A stretch of DNA of 64,000 nucleotides from Methanotrichaceae archaeon (GCA_963748825.1 CAVVKN010000022.1:1-64000); one strand, 5' to 3'. Shown: positions 19,630-29,806, numbered from the stretch's first letter. The notes: generated by a model not told the origin, from the letters alone. Program-made: numbers and translations.

Positions 19630-20967
19630 ATGAAAATGAATTACTGGCAACCGAAAATGGAGCTCATGGAGAGAAAAGAGCTTGAAGAGCTGCAACTGCA
19701 GAGGCTCAAGAGTGTTGTAGAGAAGGTTTACAAGAACGTTCCCTTTTACGAGAGCAAATTCAAGCAGGCGGGCATCACTCCGCAGGACATCAAGAGCCTC
19801 AACGACCTGGCAAAGCTTCCCACGACCAAAAAGCAGGATCTGCGGGACAACTATCCCTTCGGCCTCTTTGCCGTTCCACTGGAGGAAGTCGTGCGGGTGC
19901 ATGCCTCTTCTGGCACTACCGGCAAGCCCACCGTGGTCGGCTACACGGCCAAAGACATCGAGACATGGTCGGACCTCATGGCCCGGGACTTCGTGATGGT
20001 CGGGGTCAAGAAGGGCGATATCTTCCAGAACGCTGTGAACTACGGCTTTTTCACGGGCGGCCTGGGAGTGCATTACGGAATCGAGCGCATGGGGGCCATG
20101 GCTGTGCCCTCCGGTGTGGGCAATACGGAGCGGCAGCTCGAGATCATGATGGATTTCGGGGTGACGGTGCTGCACTGCACTCCCTCCTACGCGCTTTACC
20201 TGGCGGAGACGGCCAAGGCGAAGGGCGTGGTGGACCGGCTAAAGCTATCCATCGGCTGTTTTGGAGCCGAGCCCTGGTCGGATGAATCAAGAAAGGAGCT
20301 GGAGGAGACGCTGCACATCAAAGCCTATGACTCCTACGGCCTCTCTGAGATGATGGGTCCGGGCGTGGCATTCGAGTGCCAGGAGCAAAATGGTCTGCAC
20401 ATCTGGGAGGATCACTTCTTGATTGAGATCCTGGATAAAAATGAGCAGCCATGCGCGCCTGGAGAGCCGGGAGAACTGGTCGTAACTTCGCTGACCAAAG
20501 AAGCCATGCCGCTCATCAGATACCATACAGGCGACGTAACCTACATCATGGAAGAGAAATGCGGCTGCGGGCGAACCAGCAGAAAATTGCACAGGTTCCT
20601 GGGCCGGGCGGACGACATGCTCATTGTGCGCGGCATCAACGTCTTCCCCAGCCAAATCGAGGATGTGCTGGTCAGCATCCCAGAGATTGGCAACTATTTC
20701 CAGGTGGTCGTGGACAGAAAGAAGCATGGCCTCGACGAGATCAGCATTCAGGTGGAACTGAAGGACGAGGCCTTCACCGGCGAACTCACGGACCTGGCGA
20801 GGATCCAGAAGAAGACCGAGGAGAAGCTGAAATCCGTGCTCAATGTGAGAAGCAAGATCGAGCTGGTGGAGAAGGGTTCCATTCCCAGAACGGCCGGAAA
20901 GTCAAAGAAGGTCGTGGATCTGCGGGATGTCTACGCCAAGGACGAGAAAGCGAAGAAAAAGAGCTGA
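19630..20967 (+). CDS. paaK: Phenylacetate-CoA ligase family protein
   Basis: HASSGTTGKP, GAEPW, YGLSE..GPGV, P.IRY.TGD and GRADDM..VRG.NVFPSQIE motifs. Confidence 0.9.
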   Translation: MKMNYWQPKMELMERKELEELQLQRLKSVVEKVYKNVPFYESKFKQAGITPQDIKSLNDLAKLPTTKKQDLRDNYPFGLFAVPLEEVVRVHASSGTTGKPTVVGYTAKDIETWSDLMARDFVMVGVKKGDIFQNAVNYGFFTGGLGVHYGIERMGAMAVPSGVGNTERQLEIMMDFGVTVLHCTPSYALYLAETAKAKGVVDRLKLSIGCFGAEPWSDESRKELEETLHIKAYDSYGLSEMMGPGVAFECQEQNGLHIWEDHFLIEILDKNEQPCAPGEPGELVVTSLTKEAMPLIRYHTGDVTYIMEEKCGCGRTSRKLHRFLGRADDMLIVRGINVFPSQIEDVLVSIPEIGNYFQVVVDRKKHGLDEISIQVELKDEAFTGELTDLARIQKKTEEKLKSVLNVRSKIELVEKGSIPRTAGKSKKVVDLRDVYAKDEKAKKKS

Positions 20968-21074
20968 AATTAAAAAGCTGCAGCATGCTTCATGCGGCGT
21001 TTATCATCATTTTTTTCTGGCTTTTTCTTCCTCATCAAAATAAAGCTCTCTGATCCACTAAATCTCTGCCAGGA

Positions 21075-21620
21075 TTATCGAGTCACCTGGCTTATGAGAT
21101 TCTGCCCGATGACTGCGCTCTCGTCCACGGCAGAGAGCAACTCGTCGTGAATGGAGCTTTGCGAATAGTATAGCGTCACCAGCACGCCTGCCTCCTTTGC
21201 CGCCTCTATGGCAGGCAAGAAATCACTATCACCAGTGACGATGACCGCTTTTTGAATCATCCTGCCGCAGCTCAGCCGCACGAGATCAACGGCTAAAGCG
21301 ATGTCCACTCTTTTTTGTATAAACTCTCCGCCAACGCAGCCCAGGCGCCCCAACTTCACCTCAAATCTGGGAAGCTTTCGTAGTGTGTAGACGAACTTGT
21401 CCATGGAGGCAAACCTGCGGCGCTCATCCTCTGTAGGAGGGCAACTCTGGTAAGGCATGCAATTATAATAATAGGTTCTCAGCCTCTCGTATTTGCCGCA
21501 AAGAATATCCGAAAAGCCGGCCAGGTCGATCTTGGGTTTGCCAAAATCAACATCAAGAATTTTGGTTAAATAAGCACCATCAATAAATACCGCAGCTCGG
21601 TCAGACAAAACGTTTTTCAC
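21075..21620 (-). CDS. NYN domain (LabA/DUF88) protein
   Basis: FIDG.Y, QKRVD..LAVD and GDSDFLP motifs. Confidence 0.88.
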   Translation of the reverse strand: MKNVLSDRAAVFIDGAYLTKILDVDFGKPKIDLAGFSDILCGKYERLRTYYYNCMPYQSCPPTEDERRRFASMDKFVYTLRKLPRFEVKLGRLGCVGGEFIQKRVDIALAVDLVRLSCGRMIQKAVIVTGDSDFLPAIEAAKEAGVLVTLYYSQSSIHDELLSAVDESAVIGQNLISQVTR

Positions 21621-21845
21621 ATCCTAATTATTATTACTGCCGTCCGCCCCGAACGGCAGTGGACATTATCTCTACGCCTTTCTCTCATTCAATGATATAT
21701 CAAATTTGTGTTCGGAACAAATCCCGCTCCTTGATAGCTATTATTCTACGATCGTCTATACAAATATATGGTATAGCCGGCCCATCAGCAAACCGGTATT
21801 TGCCAGTGACGGCTTTTTCCTTCGCGAGAGATTCGTCTCTTTCTT

Positions 21846-22298
21846 TTATTGACCTTCTGCTTCGTGGCTTTTCACTATATCCACGAGCTTTATCTCGAAG
21901 GTTAAAGTCTGCTCGGAGAGCGGATGGTTGGCATCGAGAGTAACGGTGCTCCCTTCGATCTCGGTAATCTGAACGGGAACCATTACGTCATTGGGGGCGC
22001 ATACTTCAAGAGTCATGCCCTCCGCAGGTACGATCTCCTCTGGAAGATCTTTTTTGTCAATTTTAATCACTCGATCTTCCCTGTACCGACCATAGGCTTT
22101 CTCAGGAGGGATGATCACAGTCTTAGATTCCCCTGGACTCATTCCAACCACCGCCTCTTCAAATCCCGAGATGAGACAGCCAGAGCCTAATTCGAACTGC
22201 AGGGGATCGGAGCCTTCTGAGGTATCAAAGAGAACGCCGGTATCCAGCTTGCCGTTGTAATGCACCTTTACAGTGTCGCCCATTTTTGCTTGCGCCAT
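21846..22298 (-). CDS. FKBP-type peptidyl-prolyl isomerase (SlyD-like)
   Basis: GDTVKVHY.GKL..G..FDTS, GFEEAV.GM, PEKAYG and DANHPL motifs. Confidence 0.92.
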   Translation of the reverse strand: MAQAKMGDTVKVHYNGKLDTGVLFDTSEGSDPLQFELGSGCLISGFEEAVVGMSPGESKTVIIPPEKAYGRYREDRVIKIDKKDLPEEIVPAEGMTLEVCAPNDVMVPVQITEIEGSTVTLDANHPLSEQTLTFEIKLVDIVKSHEAEGQ

Positions 22299-22472
22299 TT
22301 TGGTATCCGCCTCCAAATTTATTCGGAAAACGCCAATTTGATATGTGCAGCTTCAACTATTTAGGTCGAACTATTTGTACGAAACGGTAGGTAAGAAAGA
22401 GAAGGTCTAATATCCTAGTAGCGACAACGTTCGAGAAGAAGATAAGATAGAATAACAAGGTGAAATTGAGAT

Positions 22473-23351
22473 ATGAAAAGATGGAAGTCTGATCGTGGAC
22501 TTGAAGCGAGAATGCTCCTTACTATGGGCCTTCTGGCCGTGCTCTACCTTGGTTTTTTAGCCGTTTTGCTAACCATGGGCGCCAGTAGGATAATGATAAT
22601 CCTGTTCATGGGCGGATTCATGTTCCTGCAGTATTTCTTTTCCGACAAGATGATCCTGGCCTCCATGGGCGCGAAGATCGTCACGGAGAGCGAAGCGCCA
22701 AAGCTTCATCAGATCGTATCCAGGCTCTGTGCCAATGCCGATCTGCCCATGCCCAAAATTGCCGTAGTTAAGACCAGCATGCCCAATGCCTTTGCTACCG
22801 GCAGAAATCAGAAGAATGCCGTGGTGGCTGTGACGACGGGCATCATGGAGCGGCTCGACAACAACGAGTTGGAGGCGGTGCTGGCCCATGAGCTGACTCA
22901 CGTGAAGAACAGAGATATGATGGTTATGACCATCGCCACATTCCTCTCATCCATGGCCCAGATATTGGTGCAGTGGCTGCCATTCTTTGGCGGAGGAAGT
23001 CGCGATCGAGATTCCGGCAGCAACTTCATAGTACTGTTCCTTGTCTCCCTGGTGGTCTGGATCGTGAGCTTCATCCTCATTCGTACCCTCTCTCGTTACC
23101 GGGAGTTCGCAGCCGACAGAGGCGCAGCAATCATGACCGGGCAGCCGTCGCATCTCGTCTCCGCTCTGAAGAAGATCAGCGGCTTTAGGGTGCCCACCGA
23201 AGACCTGAGAAAGGTGGAGGGACCGGTCAGCGCGCTCTTCATCACGCCTGCTATCTCTGGCTCGTCCTTCATGAGGCTGTTCTCCACCCACCCCACCCTG
23301 GAAGCCAGGATTGCTGCTCTGCAGAAGATAGAGATGGAACTGGAGGCCTGA
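22473..23351 (+). CDS. htpX: Zinc metalloprotease HtpX (M48)
   Basis: PNAFATGR, AHELTH, SRYREFAAD and FSTHP..E.RI motifs. Confidence 0.93.
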   Translation: MKRWKSDRGLEARMLLTMGLLAVLYLGFLAVLLTMGASRIMIILFMGGFMFLQYFFSDKMILASMGAKIVTESEAPKLHQIVSRLCANADLPMPKIAVVKTSMPNAFATGRNQKNAVVAVTTGIMERLDNNELEAVLAHELTHVKNRDMMVMTIATFLSSMAQILVQWLPFFGGGSRDRDSGSNFIVLFLVSLVVWIVSFILIRTLSRYREFAADRGAAIMTGQPSHLVSALKKISGFRVPTEDLRKVEGPVSALFITPAISGSSFMRLFSTHPTLEARIAALQKIEMELEA

Positions 23352-23352
23352 G

Positions 23353-23916
23353 ATGGGGTTTTTGGACTCCATCCTGGGGAAGACTAAGCTACCCGAGGCC
23401 AAGACGGACAAGCTCTTTGCCATCTCCACCGCTGCCGTCACCTTAGAAGCCAGCCTGGGCTACAAGGCCGACGGAGCAGCGGGGGTTTGCATCAAGCCCA
23501 TGGAGTCATCGCGCTATGAGGCAGCCCGAGCCGAGATAGAGGAGCTTCTCAAAATAAGCATCAAGGAGACAGGCACGGAGTACAAAATCCAGAAGGATGA
23601 GTACAATTACGTCTGGGTGGTTTTAGCGGACCCGGATTTCGAGGATCTTGTGACCAACATTCAGATGGTCAGCCAGATCCTCATGGAGCAGGGCTTCGGA
23701 ACGCAGCTTCTGGCTGCTGTTTACCGCTTCCGGGGCGAGGTGGTCATCTACTGGATCTATAACTTTAAGCTGGGCTCTTACTATCCCTTCGTCCCGGCAA
23801 GCGGCCGGCAGCGCGACACGTCCCGTGAGTTTAGGCTGAAAGCTTTGATGGAAAAAGAGATGCCAATCGAAAAGGACGAGAGCAAGTGGTATCCCCTTTG
23901 GGGGATGCCGCTATAG
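23353..23916 (+). CDS. HtpX-coupled conserved protein (PspAB-like)
   Basis: MGFLDSILG..., YWIYN.K.G.YYPFVP....RD...E, C-terminal WYPLWG.P; coupled to htpX. Confidence 0.65.
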   Translation: MGFLDSILGKTKLPEAKTDKLFAISTAAVTLEASLGYKADGAAGVCIKPMESSRYEAARAEIEELLKISIKETGTEYKIQKDEYNYVWVVLADPDFEDLVTNIQMVSQILMEQGFGTQLLAAVYRFRGEVVIYWIYNFKLGSYYPFVPASGRQRDTSREFRLKALMEKEMPIEKDESKWYPLWGMPL

Positions 23917-24207
23917 TACGGTACAATTTAAATGGGTGGAAGACTATACTCATCTAGGAGAAAGAGCATGCCTGGAAAGGAGTATAGAAACCGATATGCA
24001 TCGGTTTATTAGAGCATTATACATATAAAATTCTTGTACTATATCTCATCTTGATTCTCATCGATTACCCCCCATTGCCCGACTACGCCGCTCTAAAGTG
24101 ATCTTGTTCTCGCGACTCAAGATAAATAATATTATTACTATGCAAAAGACGGGTGGGTTTAGCAAATAAAATATACCAGATATGAACATAGGAACAATTG
24201 ATTATAC

Positions 24208-25131
24208 ATGAAAAATACCGGACTTGCTATACTTTGCCTCTTGCTGGTAGGACTTGCTTTCGCTGCGCCAATGCCTCTCCAGATGATAGTCAACAATGAT
24301 TCGATGCAGTGTGCCAGGTTACTGCCAGGAGATGAGTGCATGGACTGTACACCGCCTGAAGGCTGGGAGATATTAGGTGCATATACCTCCTGCCCAGAAA
24401 ACTACAAACTGGTTACAGTAAATGGAAATTGCAAAGGCTTCGAGATCGAGCATTGCTGCACCGAGAAACATTCTGGTGCTTCAGGTGATTGCCGAAATCT
24501 GATCAAGAACGACATAACCAAGGAATGTACTTTTGTGACCAATGCCACAACCGATATCGTGCCTGATGGCTGGTTGAAGATGCCCGAAAATGCCACCTCA
24601 TCTTGTTGGGTATGCCCGCTTGGTTACAAGTGGACGACACTCGCAGCAACTATTCCAACCGCTGCTGCATATTATGGTCCCGTCAATGTAGTTTCTGTGA
24701 TAAACGATGCTGATTACCAAGTCATCTCCGGGAACTATGTTTCAGGCTGGACATGGTTGAAGCAGCCCGGACAATCCGCATCTTGGACCTTTTATAACCT
24801 GCCAATCGATAGAAAACTGTACATCTACCTCGCTCCCTTAGTTACTCGTCCCTCCGGACTAGGCGGAGGCAGCGGATATTCCACTGATGTGAAGATCACC
24901 TACGAAACTCGAACTGGCAGCATAAATGCAACAGTTGCTCTAAAAAATACGCACCCTGAATTCCAGATGCCTGCGGACACTTTGGGCTGGGGTTACCAGA
25001 CATTCGGTTACTTGATGATCCCGGCTGATAAGATACCACTAGATGGACAGCTTACGGTTACCCTTACGAAGTTTCCCAATTCCGAACATGTGGCGGTGAA
25101 TAAGGAGTGCTGCACAATTGAATACATTTAA
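24208..25131 (+). CDS. Secreted Cys-rich hypothetical protein
   Basis: Signal peptide; internal repeat C...P(E/D)GW...CP..YK. Confidence 0.7.
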   Translation: MKNTGLAILCLLLVGLAFAAPMPLQMIVNNDSMQCARLLPGDECMDCTPPEGWEILGAYTSCPENYKLVTVNGNCKGFEIEHCCTEKHSGASGDCRNLIKNDITKECTFVTNATTDIVPDGWLKMPENATSSCWVCPLGYKWTTLAATIPTAAAYYGPVNVVSVINDADYQVISGNYVSGWTWLKQPGQSASWTFYNLPIDRKLYIYLAPLVTRPSGLGGGSGYSTDVKITYETRTGSINATVALKNTHPEFQMPADTLGWGYQTFGYLMIPADKIPLDGQLTVTLTKFPNSEHVAVNKECCTIEYI

Positions 25132-25289
25132 AAGTTAACCTCGATCAAAACCTTTTTATAAATATCATGATTACAAAGCTGCGAAGGGGGACATCCTATA
25201 CTAAAATTATTTTCGAACTATAATCTGATGAAATTTAATCGCAATGATTCAAATAATACTTATATTTAGCCTCCTCGAAAGTGGAGATT

Positions 25290-25413
25290 GACCTTCTGGT
25301 CATGATATTTACGACCTTTCGCCCATTGATAGGCGAGAATCAGAACGAAAAGCCATATCGTGCCGATGATATAGCTACCTAAAACATCGGCCAGCAGTGC
25401 GCTGCTGGTTGTC
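25290..25413 (-). pseudogene. Internally deleted 3' fragment of the PAP2 gene (source 38208-38580)
   Basis: TTSSALLA joined directly to DVLGSYIIGTIWLF.LILAYQWA; near-identical DNA. Confidence 0.85.
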
Positions 25414-25528
25414 GAGCGGCCACGCGCCTGCCTGCCCACGCGCGCGGGAGCCCGGCACATAGGATATCATTGTCATCTGCAGAAGGAACCATGAAGGCTG
25501 AATCTGGCAATTTTGGCCTTATCTCGAA

Positions 25529-25684
25529 TTAGACTTCGATCTTTACGTTGTGCCTCTTAAAGAACTCTTTTAAGGCTTCCTCTACAACTTCACTTTGGGC
25601 ACGCAGGCTGCTCTTTGTTTTTGCCGTATAAACCTTTAGAGTTTTGGCTATCGGTTCGGATAAGGTCAATGTAGTTTTGGGCAT
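25529..25684 (-). CDS. Ribbon-helix-helix (CopG-like) micro-protein, copy 1
   Basis: MPKTTLTLSEPIAKTLKVYTAKTKSSLRAQSEVVEEALKEFFKRHNVKIEV: alternating beta strand, helix, then S.VVEEAL..F. Confidence 0.85.
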   Translation of the reverse strand: MPKTTLTLSEPIAKTLKVYTAKTKSSLRAQSEVVEEALKEFFKRHNVKIEV

Positions 25685-25812
25685 AATCCTTATTGAACAG
25701 GATATGACGTATATATAGATTATGAAACATATCAATTTATGTGCCAAAAGCTTTATATTTAAAAATATCGTATTAAGACAATCGCAGAATAAGTATAGAT
25801 GGAGAATTTAAA

Positions 25813-25980
25813 ATGCAAAATAAAAAAGACAAGAGAACAAAGGGTGTTGCAGTGAAAGCAACGTCTGATGTAGGGAAGACAGTGGCGTCTGGAAGCGCAG
25901 ATGCAAAGAAAGGGGCAGTGGATTCTGGGAAGAAAGGGGCACCTGCAAAAGGTGACGCAAGAAAAGGGTGGAAAAAGTAG
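25813..25980 (+). CDS. Lys/Ala/Gly-rich 55-aa micro-protein
   Basis: MQNKKDKRTKGVAVKATSDVGKTVASGSADAKKGAVDSGKKGAPAKGDARKGWKK*; GGAG SD-like site; promoter block at 25741. Confidence 0.65.
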   Translation: MQNKKDKRTKGVAVKATSDVGKTVASGSADAKKGAVDSGKKGAPAKGDARKGWKK

Positions 25981-26579
25981 GGAATAACAGCGCCCAAACA
26001 ATAAAATAAGCAGTATCAAGCTGATTTCGGCAGGGATTTAGAAGGCGGTCTTAAGGGTTAGTTACTGAAGACCGCTAACAATTGACGCTATGGGGCATCT
26101 TGCGATAGTTGCCTGCTAGCGTATCTATTCTTGAGATTCTTTCTTGAGTCATACTCAATCGGCCTTCTTCTCATTCATTGGAGAAGCTTTTTCTCCTGGA
26201 AGGCTCATCGAATATGGACTTCAATAGCCCTTTATATCAAAGACGTCGATGGACACGATGGGAGCTTTTGGTGTCAAAATATTAAAGTTCAATAAGCTAC
26301 GCACATACAAATTAGATAGATTTGAGTGAGGACTCAAAACTACATTTACCGATCCTGACCGACGGCCAAAAAAGGGACCTGTCCGAGGACCTTGCAATAT
26401 GTCAGACATTGCTCTATTTGCATCAGCCTTCGCATTCCCTACATCATTATCTATTATATTTAAATCCTGCTTTTATCATTCTAACTCTTAAAATGATATT
26501 TTAAAATAAAAAGATTTTAGTATCTGTATTCTGAAGTACCATAATCTATATAAGCTAAGAGCCTAATAAGTAATATGTA

Positions 26580-26744
26580 ATGCCCAAAACTACGTTAACT
26601 CTGTCGGGGCCCGTGGCCAAAATGCTTAAGGTTTACACTGCACAAATCAAAAGTAGCTTGCGGGCTCAGAGCGAGGTGGTTGAAGAGGCATTATTAGAGT
26701 TCTTCGAGAAGCGCGGCTTTAAAATCAAGGACACAAAGCAATAA
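26580..26744 (+). CDS. RHH micro-protein, copy 2
   Basis: MPKTTLTLSGPVAKMLKVYTAQIKSSLRAQSEVVEEALLEFFEKRGFKIKDTKQ* (manual translation; below the track cut-off). Confidence 0.85.
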   Translation: MPKTTLTLSGPVAKMLKVYTAQIKSSLRAQSEVVEEALLEFFEKRGFKIKDTKQ

Positions 26745-26958
26745 TAATGGCACAGGGAAACACAACGTTTAGGCCTATTTTGCTGCTTTCTGCTTTTATG
26801 CTTTGATTACCGTTTCCACGAGATCTCTTATATTATATAGTTCACGCCTGCAAACTCGGAGTATTGTCGAACAGGACATAGTGAGATCGCACAAGATAGG
26901 GAAAGTGTTATCAATTAATTAAGGCAGAGAGATTCATGTACATAGGAGGAAGATTGAA

Positions 26959-27294
26959 TTGAGTAATAATGTTTTGACAGAGAAAGATCTGGATGTGCAG
27001 GAGAAAAAGGTCTTTGGCCGAATCATCGATATGTGGAGCCTGGGAAGTGAGGAAGATCCCTACGCCCAGAGTACCGAGTCCGAAATCATAAAATACTCCA
27101 AGACGGACGGACTTTCTGAGGAGCAGATTTTGAAAGTACTAAAGAACCTGGAGGAAAATAAACTGTTCCATATGGATGATGTGAACGGCAAAGCATATAT
27201 CAAATATAATGTCGAAGCGGTTCAAATCGTCAAAGAGCTTCAGAAAACCGCATATGTACATAGCAGAACAAAGTTCATACCACCTGATCATTGA
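26959..27294 (+). CDS. Hypothetical protein, possible winged helix
   Basis: GGAGG SD; 111 aa; GLSEEQILKVLKNLEENKL helix pattern. Confidence 0.6.
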   Translation: MSNNVLTEKDLDVQEKKVFGRIIDMWSLGSEEDPYAQSTESEIIKYSKTDGLSEEQILKVLKNLEENKLFHMDDVNGKAYIKYNVEAVQIVKELQKTAYVHSRTKFIPPDH

Positions 27295-27492
27295 GAATTG
27301 TGTTAGAGACCTCCTGTTCTGGTCGACTCCGAGATTTATGGACGGCCTGGAATCGGCTAGTCTACTTTCTTCGAGTTGATCGGTCCTTCACGGAATAAGA
27401 ATAAATGAGGCACCTAATTGTCTTGCGACTATAATATAACTATCGATATCATTATAGCAATTAAAATGGTATGATAAAAATAAATGAAGCCG

Positions 27493-28539
27493 TTAAATGT
27501 ACACGGCTGTTCCTGGCTCGACGTTGATTATCTTTGACTCCCCACTCTGGAAGTATATTCTCTTGGGGTAATTGAACTGGCCGTCGAAAACCCTTATGTC
27601 GTGGTACATGTTTCCTTTAACGCTAAAGCTGAAGCTTCCATCTCCTGAGGTCTGCTTGCCTATGTAAACCTCATCCAGGTAAACATCGTAGCCTCGCATT
27701 CCATTGGACATGATGATCACCGACACGTCTCCAGAAGCCAGTCCAGGTGTAAGCTGAGGGTTGTATTGTGGGGACCCGGCCGATATTTGTCCCCCATAAT
27801 ACACGGCTGGATTTGTTGGTGGCACCATTGACCCTGGCGCTGCCTGGGCAAACACATCCACAACGACCACATTGCTGGGCTGATTGTTCACCACAAAGTA
27901 GAGCATGTGTCTTCCTACCTGATCGGCTGCAAAGTTCATCGTGTTATAACCTGAGTAGAACTGGTAAGTTTTGTACTTTAGAGTGTTTTTGTCGGTCTGA
28001 ACTATCTCGTAGAAGCCCGCAGGTCCTTCAACTGGTGCGTAGGCCACCAGCTGCAGCCCGGTTCCGACTGGGCTTACCACATACTGTGTCCAGTTTGTTG
28101 CTCCCTGGACCCAGAGCTCGTTGTTCCTGGATGGTACTGTGGACACATACTGGGAGTATGGCAACGCCTGGCCGGTGCCGTAGTATATCTCGGATGGCAT
28201 TTTCTGCGCTATATCAAACCTTGAAGGGGTGCTGATTATGTCGCCCATTAAAGGCGTAATTGAGGTTGTATAATACTCTCGGAAGGGCGAGAATGTGATC
28301 TCGCTATACTCTTGGCTGTAGAAGGAACCACCCGAAGTGTACCAGGGGAAGTTGAAATAATATCCGCTGGAGACTATGTTGGGATTAAGCCAATCTCCTC
28401 TTGATCCCATTTTATCATCATTGTTTTTTTTGTTTCCATCATCTTTTCCTTTGTTGCCATCACTGTCTCCTATGGCACAAGAAATTCCCAAGAATACGAT
28501 GACAGTAATAACGATCAGCTTAATCAGTTTATTTGGCAT
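27493..28539 (-). CDS. Secreted paralog A (GATNWTQYVVSP family) with extra PEGA-like C-terminal domain
   Basis: Signal peptide; shared core FPWYT.GGSFY...QGATNWTQYVVSP...ADQVGRHMLYFVVN.QPSNV; C-terminal DVYLDEVYIG. Confidence 0.8.
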   Translation of the reverse strand: MPNKLIKLIVITVIVFLGISCAIGDSDGNKGKDDGNKKNNDDKMGSRGDWLNPNIVSSGYYFNFPWYTSGGSFYSQEYSEITFSPFREYYTTSITPLMGDIISTPSRFDIAQKMPSEIYYGTGQALPYSQYVSTVPSRNNELWVQGATNWTQYVVSPVGTGLQLVAYAPVEGPAGFYEIVQTDKNTLKYKTYQFYSGYNTMNFAADQVGRHMLYFVVNNQPSNVVVVDVFAQAAPGSMVPPTNPAVYYGGQISAGSPQYNPQLTPGLASGDVSVIIMSNGMRGYDVYLDEVYIGKQTSGDGSFSFSVKGNMYHDIRVFDGQFNYPKRIYFQSGESKIINVEPGTAVYI

Positions 28540-28701
28540 ATTTTTCCACCCACTATTGTAAATCTCGACATTTTATATATAAATATTACTATATCAAAAA
28601 GGTTGCCTTAAAGAGATATGTGAGATTTATAGTAGTAAGGCTCAATGGCCGAAATGCGCCTACCATAAATCTCAAACATTTGTGTCAGTGATGCATTATC
28701 T

Positions 28702-29472
28702 CTAAGATATTGTATGCACTACTGGCGTTGACCCTGCGGGAGCCTGGGCAAACACATCCACAACGACCACATTGCTGGGCTGGCTGTTTACCACAAAGTA
28801 GAGCATATGTCTTCCAACCTGGTCGGCTTTGAAGTTCATGGTGTTATAACCCTGGTTGAACTGATAAGTCTTGTACTTCGGATTGGTTGTGTCGGTCTGG
28901 ATTGTCTCATAGAAGCCTGCGGGTCCTTCAACGGGTGCGTAGGCGATTAGCTGTAACCAGGTTCCGACTGGGCTTACCACATACTGTGTCCAGTTTGTTG
29001 CTCCCTGAATCCAGAGGTCGTTGGTCTTGGATGGCACTGTGGATGCATATTGGGTGTATGGCAACCCTACACCGGCACCGTAGTACACACGGGCAGGTGT
29101 TTTCTTCGTTATATCGAACTTGGTAGGATTGCTTATTATCCCACCCACTACAGGCGTACCGGTGGTTGTATAGTACTCGGTAAAGGGCGAGAACGTGACG
29201 TCGCTATACTCTTGACTGTAGAAGGAACCACCCGTCGTGTACCAGGGGAAGTTGGGAACAGGCGTATCGAGCCACTGTAACATGCTAGCCAGCCCGGGAT
29301 CAGAATTTGTACGGGTGTATACTTGGCCCATGTTGGGGCTAATCCAATCTCCACTTGATCCCATTGAGCTGCCACTGGAACCCGCGCCTAGGGGGTCCTG
29401 TGCGAATGCCTGAACTGCAAGGCAAACGAACACTGTCAAACACAGTAAAATTTTGCTATATTTCATTTTCAC
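28702..29472 (-). CDS. Secreted paralog B (core only)
   Basis: Signal peptide MKYSKILLC...; same core as paralog A. Confidence 0.85.
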   Translation of the reverse strand: MKMKYSKILLCLTVFVCLAVQAFAQDPLGAGSSGSSMGSSGDWISPNMGQVYTRTNSDPGLASMLQWLDTPVPNFPWYTTGGSFYSQEYSDVTFSPFTEYYTTTGTPVVGGIISNPTKFDITKKTPARVYYGAGVGLPYTQYASTVPSKTNDLWIQGATNWTQYVVSPVGTWLQLIAYAPVEGPAGFYETIQTDTTNPKYKTYQFNQGYNTMNFKADQVGRHMLYFVVNSQPSNVVVVDVFAQAPAGSTPVVHTIS

Positions 29473-29778
29473 ACCAACTATTACTTAATTATCTACTTAG
29501 ATTTCTAAATGATCTCAGAGTCTAAAGAGGAGGGACAGGCAGATAGATAAAGGATGTCAAAGTCTTTTGAATACCATTTCAAATCTGCCTGAATTATTTA
29601 TTGTTTATCTCAATGTCTTGGCCACATTATTTCTTATGTGAAGCTTTCGGCTTTTCCGTTTCAGTTTTTTTATGTTCCGTCTTCTTTCCTGCATCTGCCT
29701 TCTTGGCATCAGGCTTCTTTTCTACATTATAATCTATAATATATTCAATCCTCCTTTTGTTATTCTAGATCTAGTAGG

Positions 29779-29806
29779 ATGCCATTGAATAAAAAGCTTT
29801 TGGTAC
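29779..29806 (-). promoter_or_regulatory. Conserved module promoter block (BRE/TATA-like)
   Basis: ATGCCATTGAATAAAAAGCTTTTGGTAC; minus strand reads CAAAAG-CTTTTTAT with AGGAGG about 40 nt downstream. Confidence 0.75.

Noticed and set aside
29791-29801. AAAAGCTTTT palindrome as the specific RHH operator
   Set aside because: The same word occurs in the tRNA-Lys promoter (about 1097-1106) and is explained by a generic BRE-TATA junction, so the operator cannot be assigned from sequence alone.
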